Shown here: positions 13,707 through 26,281 of the stretch, piece by piece
Position numbering within the stretch: the stretch's first letter is position 1
Layout of the letters: each line of letters begins with the position of its first letter
Source of the DNA: Octopus sinensis
Lineage: Eukaryota
Direction of reading: 5' to 3'
Length of the DNA: 64,000 nucleotides
Assembly (NCBI RefSeq): GCF_006345805.1
Contig: NC_042998.1
Span: 152,768,001-152,832,000, forward strand
Made by a program: the position numbers and the translations under genes
The notes under the pieces: generated by a model
What the model was told of the DNA's origin: nothing
The model's database searches: none
What the model saw: the letters and a program-made list of their open reading frames with translations, nothing else

Positions 13707-13760
<54 letters not shown>

Positions 13761-15374
13761 CAGTTGCGGCCAAAATGTTCAGAACGGCATTGTTTTCATC
13801 AGAAAAGTAGGTATAAGTTTTTATCAAAGTAGTTTTATATTCTATAATTTTCACAGACAATAAATACAATATTAATTGTTATTGTCTGAGATTTTGGTGT
13901 AATTTGAGAGGATAATACAAAAGTTATGGATGATTTAGTGATTTACTGCAAAGCCCATGGCGGCCAAAATGATCAGAACGGTTGAAAAAATAACAAAATA
14001 ATCAAAAATGACAGAGAATACTGGAATTATTTAATATTTAGTGTGAAGCCCTTTAGCTTCGATCACACTCTGACATCTTCGACTGCATGAAGAAATTAAA
14101 TTTTCAATTTCTTGCTGGGTGATCTTATTCCATTCTTCCTGAAGGGCATTCCATAACTGCTCAGTTGTTTTAGGATTTCTGGCTTTCAAACGTTCTCCTA
14201 AAATATTCCATACATTTTCAATAAGACTGAGATCTGGGCTTTGAGCAGGCCAATCCATAACAATAACCTTTTCAGCCTTGAGGAATTTCATGACCACCTT
14301 AGCCTTGTGATATGGGGCATTGTCCTGCATGAATATGGGTGGTCGCTTACAGCACAGGCAAGACATGATCTTTTACAAGTTGTTTATAAACTCCTGCATT
14401 TACCTTTCCATGTAATCGCACCAAAGGGCCCACACCATCTCCAGATATCATCCCCCAAACCATGACACTTCCTCCACCGAATTTAACACTAGTCTTAAGG
14501 CATTTAGGCGACAATTTTTCACCTACTTATCTACGAACGTACCTTTTCCCATCTGAGCCAAATAACATAAACTTAGATTCATCACTGAAATGCACCGTTT
14601 GCCATTTTTCTTGAGACCACAACACATGTTCGGTTGCAAAGGTAAGACGACGCTTTTTATTCTTGGAGCTGATCAGTGGCTTCACTGCAGGTGCACTTGC
14701 TTGTAGGTCATGTTCAACTAAACGACGAGACACAGTTTTTCGAGATAAAGTTTTCTTCAATACAATGCTCATTTTCTGAGAAACAGCAGCAGCAGTTTTA
14801 AATCTGTCCTTTTTAACCAACTTTACCATAGCACGATCTTCTCTCTTGGTTGTTTTTCTTGGCCTACCTGTAAACTTTCTTGCTTCACACGAACCACAAT
14901 CATCGTAGACCTTAAAAATACCGTGTACAACACTTTTTGACTTGTTAACAATCTTTGCAATAGATCCAATACTTAAATTATCCTTCCTTCGAAGCTTAAT
15001 AATCTGCTGACGAATTGGTAACGGAGTAAGTGGCATTATATTAACAAAGTACACTGCAAATATTCTTACTAATGTTTAGTAAACGAACCGTCACGTAAAC
15101 AAATTCAAAACATTAGAGTTCGCCGGTTAAATATATTAAAACACGGAGTAAAAGCAACCGTTCTGATCATTTTGGCCGTCATGGGTTTTGCAGTGAATCA
15201 CTAAATCATCCATAACTTTTGTATTATCCTCTCAAATTACAGCAAAATCTCAGGCAATAACAGATAATATCGTATTGTCTGTGAAAATCATAGAATATAA
15301 AACAACTTTGATAAAAAATTATATCTACTTTTCTGATGAAAACAATGCCATTCTGAACATTTTGGCCGCCACTG
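13761..15374 (-). mobile_element. Full-length (1614 bp) Tc1 DD34E transposon with about 220-bp IR/DR-type TIRs; transposase inactivated
   Basis: TIRs CAGT(T/G)GCGGCCAAAATGTTCAGAA at 13761-13984 and 15155-15374, with inner repeats GGCCAAAATGATCAGAACGG and TA flanks. Motifs GRPRKTT, FSDESKF, QDNAPYH, WPAQSPDLSLIE with 34 residues between D and E. Stop at 14527-14529 plus frameshifts. Confidence 0.95.
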
Positions 15375-16771
15375 TATATATATATATGTAGGTAAATGGA
15401 TATGTAGGTAAACAGATAGGTAAGTAGATAGATAGGTACATAGGTAATACAGACAGACACACACAAAAAGAGATAGAAACACATGACCATATACACACAT
15501 GTACACTCCACACACACACAAGGACATATGGAGATACACATCTATACATAACAGACACACATACATAGTCACAAAAACTGATATACATAGACACACTCAA
15601 ACACGCACACACAAGGAGACAGAGGTACACACACATACAAACATGCACACACAAACACACGAATATGCAAAATACATAAAAACGTACATACATACATATA
15701 TATGCATACACACATACATACATATGTGTATAGACATGCATGCTGAGGCATGCACACAAACAAACAAGGAAAAAGAACCCAGTTTTGATAATGGACAGAG
15801 TCAACAACTAGTGAAGAGGTTGCAAAAAGCAACAAAAATTTTAGGAAAACAAATAATAGATGAGTGGAAATTGAACTGGTGAATATGTTAATTAATAAGG
15901 CATTAAAACAATGATTCTCCTCAGACAAAACAAAATATTCTTATTGTTGCCATATCAGTATTATTATTATTATTTCTATTATGGTCTGTTTGTTGTTCAT
16001 TGGTTATAATCGTCCTATTCACTACATCTTTTATTTAGGGTTGTTCCACTGTTGTTTACTGGTCTTGCTACACTACCTTTCATATTATCAATAATGCTTG
16101 CCTTCTTACTTTTAAACCTATTAATGTATGCCATTTTATTTTTTCAAATGATCTTTATAATTATTCATCCATTCCATTATTTCTATATCTTTCAGTAACT
16201 TCTTAAACTTCCCATCAAGAATATACTGAATTTTCTCCTTATAATCAGCTGGTTGGTTAAAATATGGGTGTGGGAGAGACTATGTACTGTTGTTTGTATT
16301 CATCTAGCTGTCTATCGTGCTAATACATCACATATTAAATTACAATTTTTCTCATTATCTGAGAATCTTCAGTAGGTTTATAAAAAATATCTACCTATCT
16401 CTTTAGATTGGGGAAATGGTCAGATAGAAGTGTTGGGATGAGTTGATCCAAATTTACTACTAACTTCCTAAAATGTTCAGCAATATAAGCAGTGATTATA
16501 TAGCTCTGATAAGAATAGGATGGTGTAGAATTCCTCTCCCACTGTAGCATTTTAACTGATCAAAAATGGGAATGATTAAATATGCATAATTGATGCATTG
16601 CAGCATTTTGATATATGCCATTTTATGTGAAATATATGTAGCAGATTAAATCAAGACTGAATCTCCATTCATTTCTATATTATGCATGCATTCATGCATG
16701 TGTATGTATGTACGTATGAATGTATGTGTGCATGCATACAAACATATGAGGAGAAAAGAAAATAGACTAAC

Positions 16772-16852
16772 TTGTGTTTTTCTTGCTGCATTTTCCAGTC
16801 AATGAAAGTCTGGTGCAAAGAACTTAGTGTATCCAATAGTTGTTTCAATAAC
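16772..16852 (-). CDS. Host-gene exon E (81 nt, phase 2 to 2): LLKQLLDTLSSLHQTFIDWKMQQEKH
   Basis: Acceptor TCTTTTCTCTGCTTCCCAG, donor CAA|GTTAGT. AA|G completes Lys with exon D. Heptad pattern at the position of the ASK C-terminal coiled coil. Confidence 0.82.
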
Positions 16853-18029
16853 CTGGGAAGCAGAGAAAAGATTGTGAAAATATGATTAAATCAAATACAA
16901 TCAAATCTGCCAATGAAGCACATTTTAATAAGAAGTAAGAATTTCACTCTATTAGAAACAGATTAGCATAACAACCCAAAACTAAAATATTACCTACCAT
17001 GAGTTAATGAGGATGTCAGGATCAAGATATCTCTTCATTTTTATGCAATATTTAAAAACAAGTGAATAAGATGCAAAAAGATTGGTATAGCTACGTATTC
17101 CACTATGGTTAATTAGATAATTATTAGTGATATAATGGGTCTTAATTGTCAGCGTCACAGCATACGCACTTAAATATAATGATGATGAGAGAGTACATGA
17201 ACTAGCTGATGCTTTACTTATAATTGAAATGATGCCTGCTGGAAAGTGATAATATTTCCTTTTTATTAGGCCATTTGAGTTTTGAGCTTACAGTAGAATG
17301 ATGTTAAATTACATTTAGTGAAGCTCACACCTGTTTAGAGCACTACTGTAATACTAGTGATAATAAAGATTTCTCATGTAAGTACAAGGTTACAATCTTG
17401 GTAGAGGGGTAGTTGATTGTATCTAGGGCAGTATCTAAATTCTGTATTTATTTGATTGATGCCAGAAGGATGATCACAGAATAATCAGATACTAAACTAG
17501 ATTCCTTAAAGTATTTAGATTTTATACCTATTGTTACTCTAGAAGTTTAAATAATTTTGGTTATTATCACCATTTGGTTATTAACAAACCATTTGCTATT
17601 TTTGCCATCATCATATCTGTTTTTCCATAATATTCTCTTTTATTTTATCCTGATCTTGCATTATCACATATGGAAGACCCATATGCTACTCTCTTAAAAA
17701 GAAAGATACATCAGAAATGAAGTTGTAGGCACTTTTAAAAAACTGGACGGTCAAGGCTAGAAAGCTTCAATCAGAGCTGATCTAGGCCTGCACAGAACAA
17801 TTTTTTCATGTAGTAAACATTTTTCATTCACATTATGGTACAACAACACAGCTATTCCACCTGTGTACATCAGTTAGTGTTTTCATGACAACAGTCATAA
17901 TTAGCACTGAGAGAGAAATGATGGCCCTGTAAGTCTTTATGCACAAAAATGTTATAGCAAAAACTGAGTGTACAGAATTTTTGACTGTACATAGATCTGA
18001 AAACATTAAGATAATTTGGACATATTCTT

Positions 18030-18398
18030 TTATTCCTTTACTTGTTTCAGTCATTTGACTGTGGTCATGATGGAGCATCACCTTTAGTCAAACAAATCAA
18101 CCCCAAGACTTATTCTTTGTAAGCCTAGTACTTTTCTATCAGTCTCTTTTGCTGAACCGCTATGTTACGGGGATGTAAACACACCAGCATCGGTTGTCAA
18201 GTGATGTTGGGGGGACAAACAGACACACACACACGTATACAATGGGCTTCTTTCAGTTTCCATCTACCAAATCCACCCACAAGGCTTTAGTCAGTCTGAA
18301 GCTATAGTAGAAGACACTTGCCCAACATGTCATGCAGTGGGACTGAACCCGGAACCATGTGATTTGTAAGCAAGCTACTTGTCACACAGCCAGTCCTG
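18030..18398 (-). mobile_element. tRNA-headed composite SINE (family of 44188-44580)
   Basis: Reverse complement of the 44188 SINE, from TTTACTTGTTTCAGTCATTTGACTG to AAGCTACTTGTCACACAGCCA. Confidence 0.85.
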
Positions 18399-18628
18399 TA
18401 CCTATATCTCTTATAGCCATATTTTTATCAAATAATTTGCAGTGCAGTTTTCATACACTAAATTTGCCTTTTATCCCATCTATTTAAAAAAATAAATTTG
18501 ATGGGTTTTTCTCTCTGGTGTAGTTAATTCTCTAGCTTAATCTCCATAGAAGGAATATTGTTAAAAACTTTTTCAATACACTTGTCATCCTTTCTTTTCA
18601 ATAAAACTCTGGAGGTGCTTAAGCTTAC

Positions 18629-18749
18629 TTTTGTATTTCATCTCTCATCTGTTGTACAGCTTCATTAGTAGAAGTGGAGCGGAGAATACAGGAAGGAGAT
18701 TTTTTTGAAGTGGCATGAGTTGACAAACTTTCAGCAGCTGAAGCAGAAC
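18629..18749 (-). CDS. Host-gene exon D (121 nt, phase 1 to 2): GSASAAESLSTHATSKKSPSCILRSTSTNEAVQQMRDEIQ(K)
   Basis: Acceptor TTTTGCTTATCTCTTCTAACCTAG, donor AA|GTAAGC. Same frame as ORF-track 18625..18837. Ser-rich linker leading into a coiled coil. Confidence 0.82.
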
Positions 18750-18862
18750 CTAGGTTAGAAGAGATAAGCAAAAATATTTTAGTGCTTATAATTAGTTTCA
18801 GAGCATATGTAGAGAGAACAATGATATATTTAAGCATGCTGGCAAGTATCTGTAGTCATAAA

Positions 18863-20176
18863 TATGAGGCTGAAAAATTCATAGGCTGACAAAGATACTC
18901 TCTTGGAATGTTAGCAAATGACATTTATCTTTCAACATTGTCTCCCTTGTGGTTAACACACTTCTTCCATTGAAGTTGCAGTGTTTGGATCTCATTGGTG
19001 AAGTTTTCATCTTGTTGCTCAAAAAGTCATCAACAGCAGACATGACATAATCATCACTGTAATACTGGTTCCCAGCCATGTGTTTTTTCATGGTGAACAG
19101 ATGGAGCCAAATCACAACAAAGAGGGTGATCAACTATTTCAAAGCCACAGTCAAAAATAGCAGCCATTGAAACCAAGGACTTGTGCTGGAGTATTGTCTT
19201 GATTAAACAAGACACCATTCATCAGTTTTCCTGGTGTGCTTTTGATCAGGTGTTACAAGACATACCACTCACTGAGCAGAAACCTTCATCATGTCAAGCT
19301 AATTGTGTAGAATATTCTCAACTTTCTCATGGAATATAATAACAGCATTGGCTATTATCATATTCCAGTCATCCATCATCATGTGGTAAATACAATCAAT
19401 ATTTTCCTTGGTGGTGGCAGTTGCAGTATGTCCAGACCTTGAGTCATCTTCAAGACTCTCCCTTCCCTCCTAAATTTAGCTGCCCATTTTTGTACTCTTT
19501 TACTTGTTTCAGTCATTTGACTGCAGCCATACTGGAACATCACCTTCAGTCGAATAAATTGACCCCAGAACTTATTCTTTGTAAGCCTAGTACTTATTCT
19601 ACAGGTCTCTTTTTGCTGAACTGCTAAGTTATGGGGGCATAAACACCCCACCATCGGTTGTCAAGTGATGGTGTGGAACAAACACATACATACATATATA
19701 AACATATATACGACGGGCTTCTTTCAGTTTCCATCTACCAAATCCACTCACAAGGCTTTGGTTGGCCCGAGGCCATAGTAGAAGACACTTGCCCAACATG
19801 CCATGCAGTGAACTGAACATGGAACCATGTGATTGGGAAACAAGCTTCTTACCACACAGCCATTCCTGTGACTGATAATAAAACAGAAGTTTCATCTCTT
19901 AATGTAGCGACCATGTTGGCATGAATGTCATTTGGGACTAAACCCATTTTTTGTAGGTACTTGATATCACCACAATGCCAAATTTTGTTCACTTTCAAGA
20001 GAAGTCGCTAGTTGCTAGTTTTGAAGTGTTTTTTGAATAGTCAGGTATCAGTTTACCTGGAAAATAAACAACGAGGTTATTAATAAGAAGAGTTGAAATT
20101 AATGCATGCAAGATTTCACAACTCTAGCATCACTCCTCCATAGTCAGCCAATGAACTTTCCAGCTCATCCTTGTAT
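18863..20176 (-). mobile_element. Internally deleted mariner element interrupted by a SINE
   Basis: Inverted ends (GA)GCTG(A/G)AAA(A/G)TTCAT(A/T)GGCTGAC. N-terminal KIWHCGDIKYLQKMGL, WAAKFRREGR..., and C-terminal YSDDYVMSAVDDFL relics. Confidence 0.8.
19490..19866 (-). mobile_element. tRNA-headed composite SINE inserted in the mariner
   Basis: Same sequence family as 18030 and 44188. Confidence 0.85.
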
Positions 20177-20402
20177 GTATAAAACTGAGAAAGAGAAAGA
20201 CAGAGAAGGATACACACACACACACACACACACACACAAGTAAGTAAATAAATGCAAAACAAGGTGGAAAAAGTAGTACTCAAATACTGAAGGTAGAGTA
20301 ATATACTTTTTTTATTAAAGCTGCAAAGACATCACAAAAACAAACAAACAAAAACATACACAATTGCGTAAAATAAGAATATCAACTAGATATCAGACCT
20401 AC

Positions 20403-20508
20403 CCGGTGAGAGTAAGAGAGATGTAGATGTAATAGCTTCTCGCAGAAAATTGTCAAAAGCAAATACCCAGTGAGGCTGTATTTTGTGACATTTTAGTCTT
20501 GTGGTAAC
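20403..20508 (-). CDS. Host-gene exon C (106 nt, phase 0 to 1): VTTRLKCHKIQPHWVFAFDNFLREAITSTSLLLSP
   Basis: Acceptor TGCTTCCCTTCATTGTAG, donor CGG|GTAGGT. HKIQPHWVFAFDNFLREA matches the ASK1/MAP3K5/MAP3K15 motif HNIKPHWMFALDSIIRKA. The paralog cannot be resolved, so no symbol is given. Confidence 0.88.
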
Positions 20509-20864
20509 CTACAATGAAGGGAAGCACTTAATGTCATGAAGACCATCATCTATCATCAATAGCAACAATTAAAAAAAAGGAATATTTTAAGACATTCTAA
20601 CCACAACAATAACAAACTTTATATACGACAAGCCAAAGCAAGTGCTTCCATGTAGTCACTTGATTTGTTAAAAATAGGAACCAAAAATCCTTCAAATCAT
20701 ACATCCTATTGTCTTTAAAAGGGATTTTAAATAATAAAGCTTTACATACCATACTTATAAAAAGAAGTCAGAAATGCATTTAATCATAAGTTTATGGGTC
20801 TAATAAAGGAGAAGCAATTTTATATACTATAACAAACATTGTTTTAGTTTTGTGAAAATAGCAA

Positions 20865-20895
<31 letters not shown>

Positions 20896-21114
20896 GACTA
20901 AGGAGAGATAGAGAATAGGAGAGGCAGCACTCATAACCTGTGCAGATCAGCAAAACCTACCTTACACTGAGTACCAAAGTAGAGATGTGTGGAAGGTGCT
21001 CATAAATCTCCTCTTTGGCATTGTGTTCATGCCATGAGATGTTTTCAGTCTTCATGAGAAGAATGCTTCCTACATATGTCCTTGTATGAGAGTATGTGTG
21101 TTTATATCATAGTT

Positions 21115-21350
21115 ATCATTTAACATCCACTTTTCTGTGCTTATAATGGATCATATAGAATTTGTTGAGGCAGGTTTTCTACAGCAGGACATCATTCCTG
21201 CAGTCAACCCTTATCTGTTTCAAACCAAAGTAACAATTCCCCATGACCAGACAAGGTTTTCATGGAGACCAGAAAAGAACAACATTACCATATGACGGAA
21301 AAGAACACCATATAATGGTGATACTCATTTACAATCATCACTTCATATCA
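21115..21350 (-). mobile_element. Old, degenerate RTE-tail-related repeat
   Basis: CATTTAACATCCACTTTTCTGTGC...TTTTCTACAGCAGGACATCATTCCTG is a diverged version of the RTE 3' tail. Confidence 0.5.
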
Positions 21351-21361
21351 AAACAAGAGTA

Positions 21362-21570
21362 GGCATGGTATGGTTTCCCACCCACGTGGTTTCAGGTTTA
21401 ACACCACTTCATGGAATTTCAGGTAAGTATATTCTACTACAGCCCCAGGTTGACCAATGCTTTGTGAGAGGATTTGGAAGACAGAAAGTAGACAAAATTT
21501 GGCATTGTGGTGATATCAAGTACCTACAAAAAATGGGTTTAGTCCCCAATGACATTCATGCCAACATATA
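21362..21570 (+). mobile_element. Degenerate SINE 5' half fused to a mariner N-terminal fragment
   Basis: TTCTACTACAGCCCCAGGTTGACCAATGCTTTGTGAGAGGATTTGG is the SINE core. It is followed by DKIWHCGDIKYLQKMGLVPNDIHAN, nearly identical to about 19915-19995 on the minus strand. Confidence 0.65.
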
Positions 21571-21763
21571 TATATATATACATATATAATATATTTAAAG
21601 AAAAGAAGGGTAAAGACACCGACTGCTAAAAATCAAATCGAAAGCTTCAAAAAACCACCAATTATACGATAAATACACAAAGGAGTAATATAATGAATAT
21701 TTTAAAAAAGAGGCCTACCTTCAGGATGGAATATATATATATACATACATACATATATATATA

Positions 21764-22480
21764 TACAAAATTAAGAGGAATGACCACTAAACTGGACACC
21801 CTATATGCTAAACATAGACGTCAAATTGCCATTACCATGAAGAATGTGTTCTCAAGAAAAAAATCTCAGCGAAACGCCAAAATGTAAAATTTAGCAAGAC
21901 AAATGAAAATATACAAAATAAAAGCGATTACCTACGTACCATTGGTTTCACTTGTTAATATCTACGTATGCAAACACGCGGATATCTGCAAGATAGTCAG
22001 CATAGTCTGTTGCTTACAAAACACAATTTCCAGAACTAGATATAGAAAGCTCAACCGAAATTGAGCATGTATAAAGTTCTACATATTATATTTGGATGTA
22101 TTCTTTCAAATGCCTTCACTTTGGTGAGCTGAGGTTGGAAATTACTCTGCAGTTAATAAATTCCAGCAGTCAATTTACTAGTTAGAGAACATTTTTTTTT
22201 ATTTAAAATTAAATAATAAGAGTAGAAATTGATGTGATGTTTGAGGGTAGAAATTGATATTAATCAATTAAAACCAGTGGCTTAGCATATTTAAAAATCC
22301 TATGATCAAAAATTGTGTTACATACAAAATTAAGCGGAATGACCACTAAAGTGGACACCCTATATGCTAAACATAGACATCAAATCACCATTACCACAAA
22401 GAATGTGTACTCAAGAAAAAACTCTCAGCAAAATGCCAAAATGTAAAATTGAGCAAGACAAATGAAAACATACGAAATAT
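21764..22480 (-). repeat. Hammerhead-bearing ~530-bp tandem repeat, about 1.3 monomers (locus A)
   Basis: TACAAAATTAAG(A/C)GGAATGACCACTAAA at 21764 and 22323. Reverse complement of 22690-23310. Confidence 0.9.
21932..22005 (-). ncRNA. Type I hammerhead-like motif with a defective core (CUGACUA)
   Basis: Minus strand: CTATG CTGACTA [helix II hairpin] GAAAC CAATG GTA CGTAG. Confidence 0.5.
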
Positions 22481-22518
22481 AAAGGATTTGGTAGACAGAA
22501 ACTAAAAAAAGACTGTTC

Positions 22519-22569
<51 letters not shown>

Positions 22570-22689
22570 TATTTGAAGAAAAGAAGGGTAAAGACACCGC
22601 CTGCTAAAAATCAAATTGGAAGCTTCAAAAAACCACCAATTCTATGATAAACACACACAAGCAATGTAATGAATATTTTAAAAAAGAGG

Positions 22690-23310
22690 CCTCTTAATTT
22701 TGTATGTAACACAATTTTTAATCTTTGGATTTTTAAATATGCTAAGCCACTGGTTTTAATTGATTAACATCAATTTCTATCCTCATTATTTCATTTAAAA
22801 TTTTAAAAATGTTCTCTAACCGGTAAATTGACTGCTGGAATTTATTTAAATGCAGAATAATTTCCAGCCTCGGCACGCCAAAGTGAAGACATTTGAAAAA
22901 TACACCCAAATATAATTTGTAGAACTTTATACATGCTCGATTTCAGTTGAGCATTCTGTATCTAGTTCTGGAAATTGTGTTTCGTAAGCAACAGACTACG
23001 CTGATCATCTTGCAGATATCTGCATGTTTGCATATGCAGATATTAACAAGTGAAACCAATGGTACGTAGGTAATTGGTTTTATTCTGTATGTTTTCATTT
23101 GTCTTGCTCATTTTGGCATTTTGCTGAGATTTTTTTCTTGAGAACACATTCTTTGTGGTAATGGCAATTTGATGTCTATGTTTAGCGTATCGGGTGTCCA
23201 CTTTAGTGGTCATTCCTCTTAATTTTGTACGTAACACAATTTTTAATCTTTGGATTTTAAAATAAGCTAAGCCACTGGTTTTAATTGATTAATATCAATT
23301 TCTACCCTCA
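22690..23310 (+). repeat. Hammerhead-bearing tandem repeat, about 1.2 monomers, period 525 bp (locus B)
   Basis: CCTCTTAATTTTGTA at 22690 and 23215, followed by about 95 bp of repeated sequence. Confidence 0.9.
22996..23069 (+). ncRNA. Type I hammerhead-like motif with a variant core (CUGAUCA)
   Basis: CTACG / CTGATCA / TCTTG...CAAGT / GAAAC CAATG GTA / CGTAG. Confidence 0.55.
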
Positions 23311-23564
23311 TTATTTCATTATATATATATATATATTGAGAGGGTCTTCCCCTTAATCTACTAATTTAATTTCCTACATACATATATGCATTTTCATTGG
23401 TAATACTGTTCTATGTGTGTATATATATATGTACATATATATATATATAAATGTAAATGTTATCCAAAATAAATTGCACTTCATGTTTGAAGCTCCACAG
23501 AAGCTAAAGGGTGATACTCAAGCACTTAACTGAATGCATTGCTGTAATATATATATATATATTT

Positions 23565-23790
23565 TTATCTGTTTCAGCCATTTGACTGCAGCTATGCTGG
23601 AGCACTACCTTAAAGGGTTTTTAGTTGAAGAAATCAACCTCAGGACTTATGCTTTGTAAGCCTAGTATTTATTCTATCAGTCTCTTTTGCCAAACTGCTA
23701 AGTTACAGGGACATAAACACACCAACACCAGTTGTCAAGTGATGATGCAGGGACAATTTCAAACACAAAGACATATATATATACACACAC
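23565..23790 (-). mobile_element. SINE 3' half
   Basis: GTTTCAGCCATTTGACTGCAGCTATGCTGGAGCAC...GTAAGCCTAGTATTTATTCTATC. Confidence 0.8.
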
Positions 23791-24149
23791 ACACAAAGTA
23801 AGATAGGGGCTATGGGTGTAACCCACTGTGGGATAGTATTTAACCAATATACTGTTGGTAAAGTACCCAGATTCTTAATACATAAATTGCAATGCAATTG
23901 ACTCATTTGTTGTATTAAACAGGTGAAGATAAAGAAATATTTTTACCGTAAATTTATAATACAAATAAGAAAATGGAGAAACAAATTTATTTTGTTCATC
24001 AACTTTCGGATATTTAAATGTTGGATTATTTATTCATTTAACAAAATGAGAACCTTAATAGCATACATATATATCTTATAATTCAATACATATAAGATAA
24101 GCGTACAAATTATAAAAATCATAATATAAATTATTGAAATCATTAAAAT

Positions 24150-25690
24150 CACTTCTTACAGCTGTTTCAGCCTATAGCTAAAAGTAGTTATTTTTATTGC
24201 CTATAGCAGTGGTTTTCAACCAGGGTTCCTCAGAACCTTAGGGTTCCACCAGTATAGTCCAGGGGTTCCGCAAGAAGTTACATAAATGCTAAAATCAACA
24301 GTAATTTTTAATTACCCTGTGCAGATATGTGTGTACATGTTAGGCCTACGTGTACATCTATGAGTTGCACGCCAGCGTAGATGACTTTGATCCTTAGTGT
24401 GTATATGTAGGCCTACAACGTGTACAACTATGAGTTACATGCCAGTGTAGATGACCCTGATCCTTGGTGTGTACATGTACGTGCACATCTATGAGTTGCA
24501 TGTCACCTTAGATGATGGTTTAGTTCTCTTTTGTAAAATATGAGTGACTATATTTGGAAGAAACAGTTTAACTGCGTAAGCCATTTAGGTGTTGTTGTTA
24601 ATCGGCCTTTTAAAAGATCTTTAGAAGAGTTATTGACCTTTTGTTTGCAAGAAAACCTGAAAGACTTAGAATGTTTGAGTGACAACCATTGGTGTTCCAA
24701 GTTAGCATATCTTGCCGATATATTTCATGAGTTAAACCTCTTGAACAATGGCAGGCAGGGCAGGAACGAAAATATCTTGTCTTCTACTGACAAAATAAAT
24801 GCTTTTCAGAAGAAATTGGCAATATGGAAGAAATGCATAGCTAGAGGAAATTTGGAAATGTTTCAAAGTATTTTTAAAAGGAATAGTCAAGAAATTGCGC
24901 TACTGATTTTGAACCATTTGCACACTGTTAACAAATTTTGACAATATTTTCCATCGATATCTGTTGACCAGTATGACTGGATCAGAAACCCATTTGTGGA
25001 ATTTGAGCCATTTGAAGAACAGTTCCCATTAACAGAAGAAGAACTTGCCAATGCTTTAAATGACAGAACATTAAAGTTGAAGCATTCTGAGCTTAACCTG
25101 AATGCATTTTGGTTGCTGGTTGAAAAGGACTATCCTGCAGTTGTCCAGAAAATGCTGTGACTTCTTGTGCAGTTTTCAACCTCCTACTTGTGTGAATTTG
25201 GATTTTCAGCCTTGACAACCATCAAGCACAATTGCTGTTTGTGGAAGATGAACTTCGTGCGTGTCTATCAAAAACATGACCCAATCTTAAAGAGTTGTGC
25301 AAGAAACACCAGGCTCAAGTTTCTTATTGAGTTTTTGATGAGAATAAATGCAATCTATTCAAACTAGTTATTTTAAATACATGTTTTAATAATAACTGTA
25401 GATGCAAGAATAAAATTGCATATGTATGTGACAATTTTTTTACAGTTTGTGTTTTTATTGTAAATAAATATGAACATGAGTATTTTCATTTCTTTAATTA
25501 AATGCTATTTTTTGCATAAGACAAATTATTGCACAAGGGTTCCTCAAGCCAGTGGAATGTTTCCTTGGGGTTCCGCTCCAGCAAAAAGGTTGAAAAGCAC
25601 TGGCCTATAGTTGTCAACATAATGAGGTTGTAGGCATTTAAAAATAGGATACTTATATATATAACCATAGGCCTCGTCAGAGGTTATAAG
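24150..25690 (-). ncRNA. Type I hammerhead split by a hAT insertion (5' half 25690-25665, 3' half 24180-24150)
   Basis: CTGACGA GGCCTATGG ... CTATAGGCT GAAAC AGCT GTA. Helix II has 9 pairs and helix III is palindromic (ACAGCUGU). Helix I is weak. Confidence 0.6.
24207..25602 (+). mobile_element. Non-autonomous hAT (Charlie/Buster-like) transposon, 1396 bp, with an 8-bp TSD
   Basis: TIRs CAGTGGTTTTCAACC and GGTTGAAAAGCACTG. TSD GCCTATAG at 24199-24206 and 25603-25610. Transposase C-terminal relics KLAYLADIF..LNLLN and FSTSYLCEFGFS. Confidence 0.95.
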
Positions 25691-25968
25691 GAACTTTAAA
25701 TATATTAATATTAATACATTAAACATGATACAGGTATTATTTAATATATATAAAAAATATGAACAAATATCCATATAGACATATACATATATACACATAT
25801 ACATACATAAGCAAAGTGTATATACTTTCACATGTGTAAAATACATAAATAAACACAATTAAACAATAGGTCTAAGTAAATATACCATACATCATATACA
25901 TATATATACATACATTGGAACATATAAACACGTCTATGCTTATGACCAGATAAATAATAATCAATTAT

Positions 25969-26000
<32 letters not shown>

Positions 26001-26227
26001 TTATGTTTATCAATAATAATATTATAACACATCTATGCTTATGACCAGATAAATAACAATCAATTATTAATAATAATACTGTTATTATTATCAATATTAT
26101 TATTATTATGTTTATCAATAATAACAATATTATTATATTTATAGTCATCTTCACTAGACCATACATATTATAATAGATTCTCACATATCAAATAATTATG
26201 ATAGAAGATAAACAATCAACAATCCAT

Positions 26228-26269
<42 letters not shown>

Positions 26270-26281
<12 letters not shown>

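Noticed and set aside
16400-16556. Open minus-strand frame with faint SAM-like YIITAYIAEHF
   Set aside because: Its acceptor phase (1) does not match exon E (2), and the similarity could be chance.
20865-21080. Sequence following a (TAA)n run, possibly a Dong 5' end at its microsatellite target
   Set aside because: No protein motif or second copy in the window to support it.
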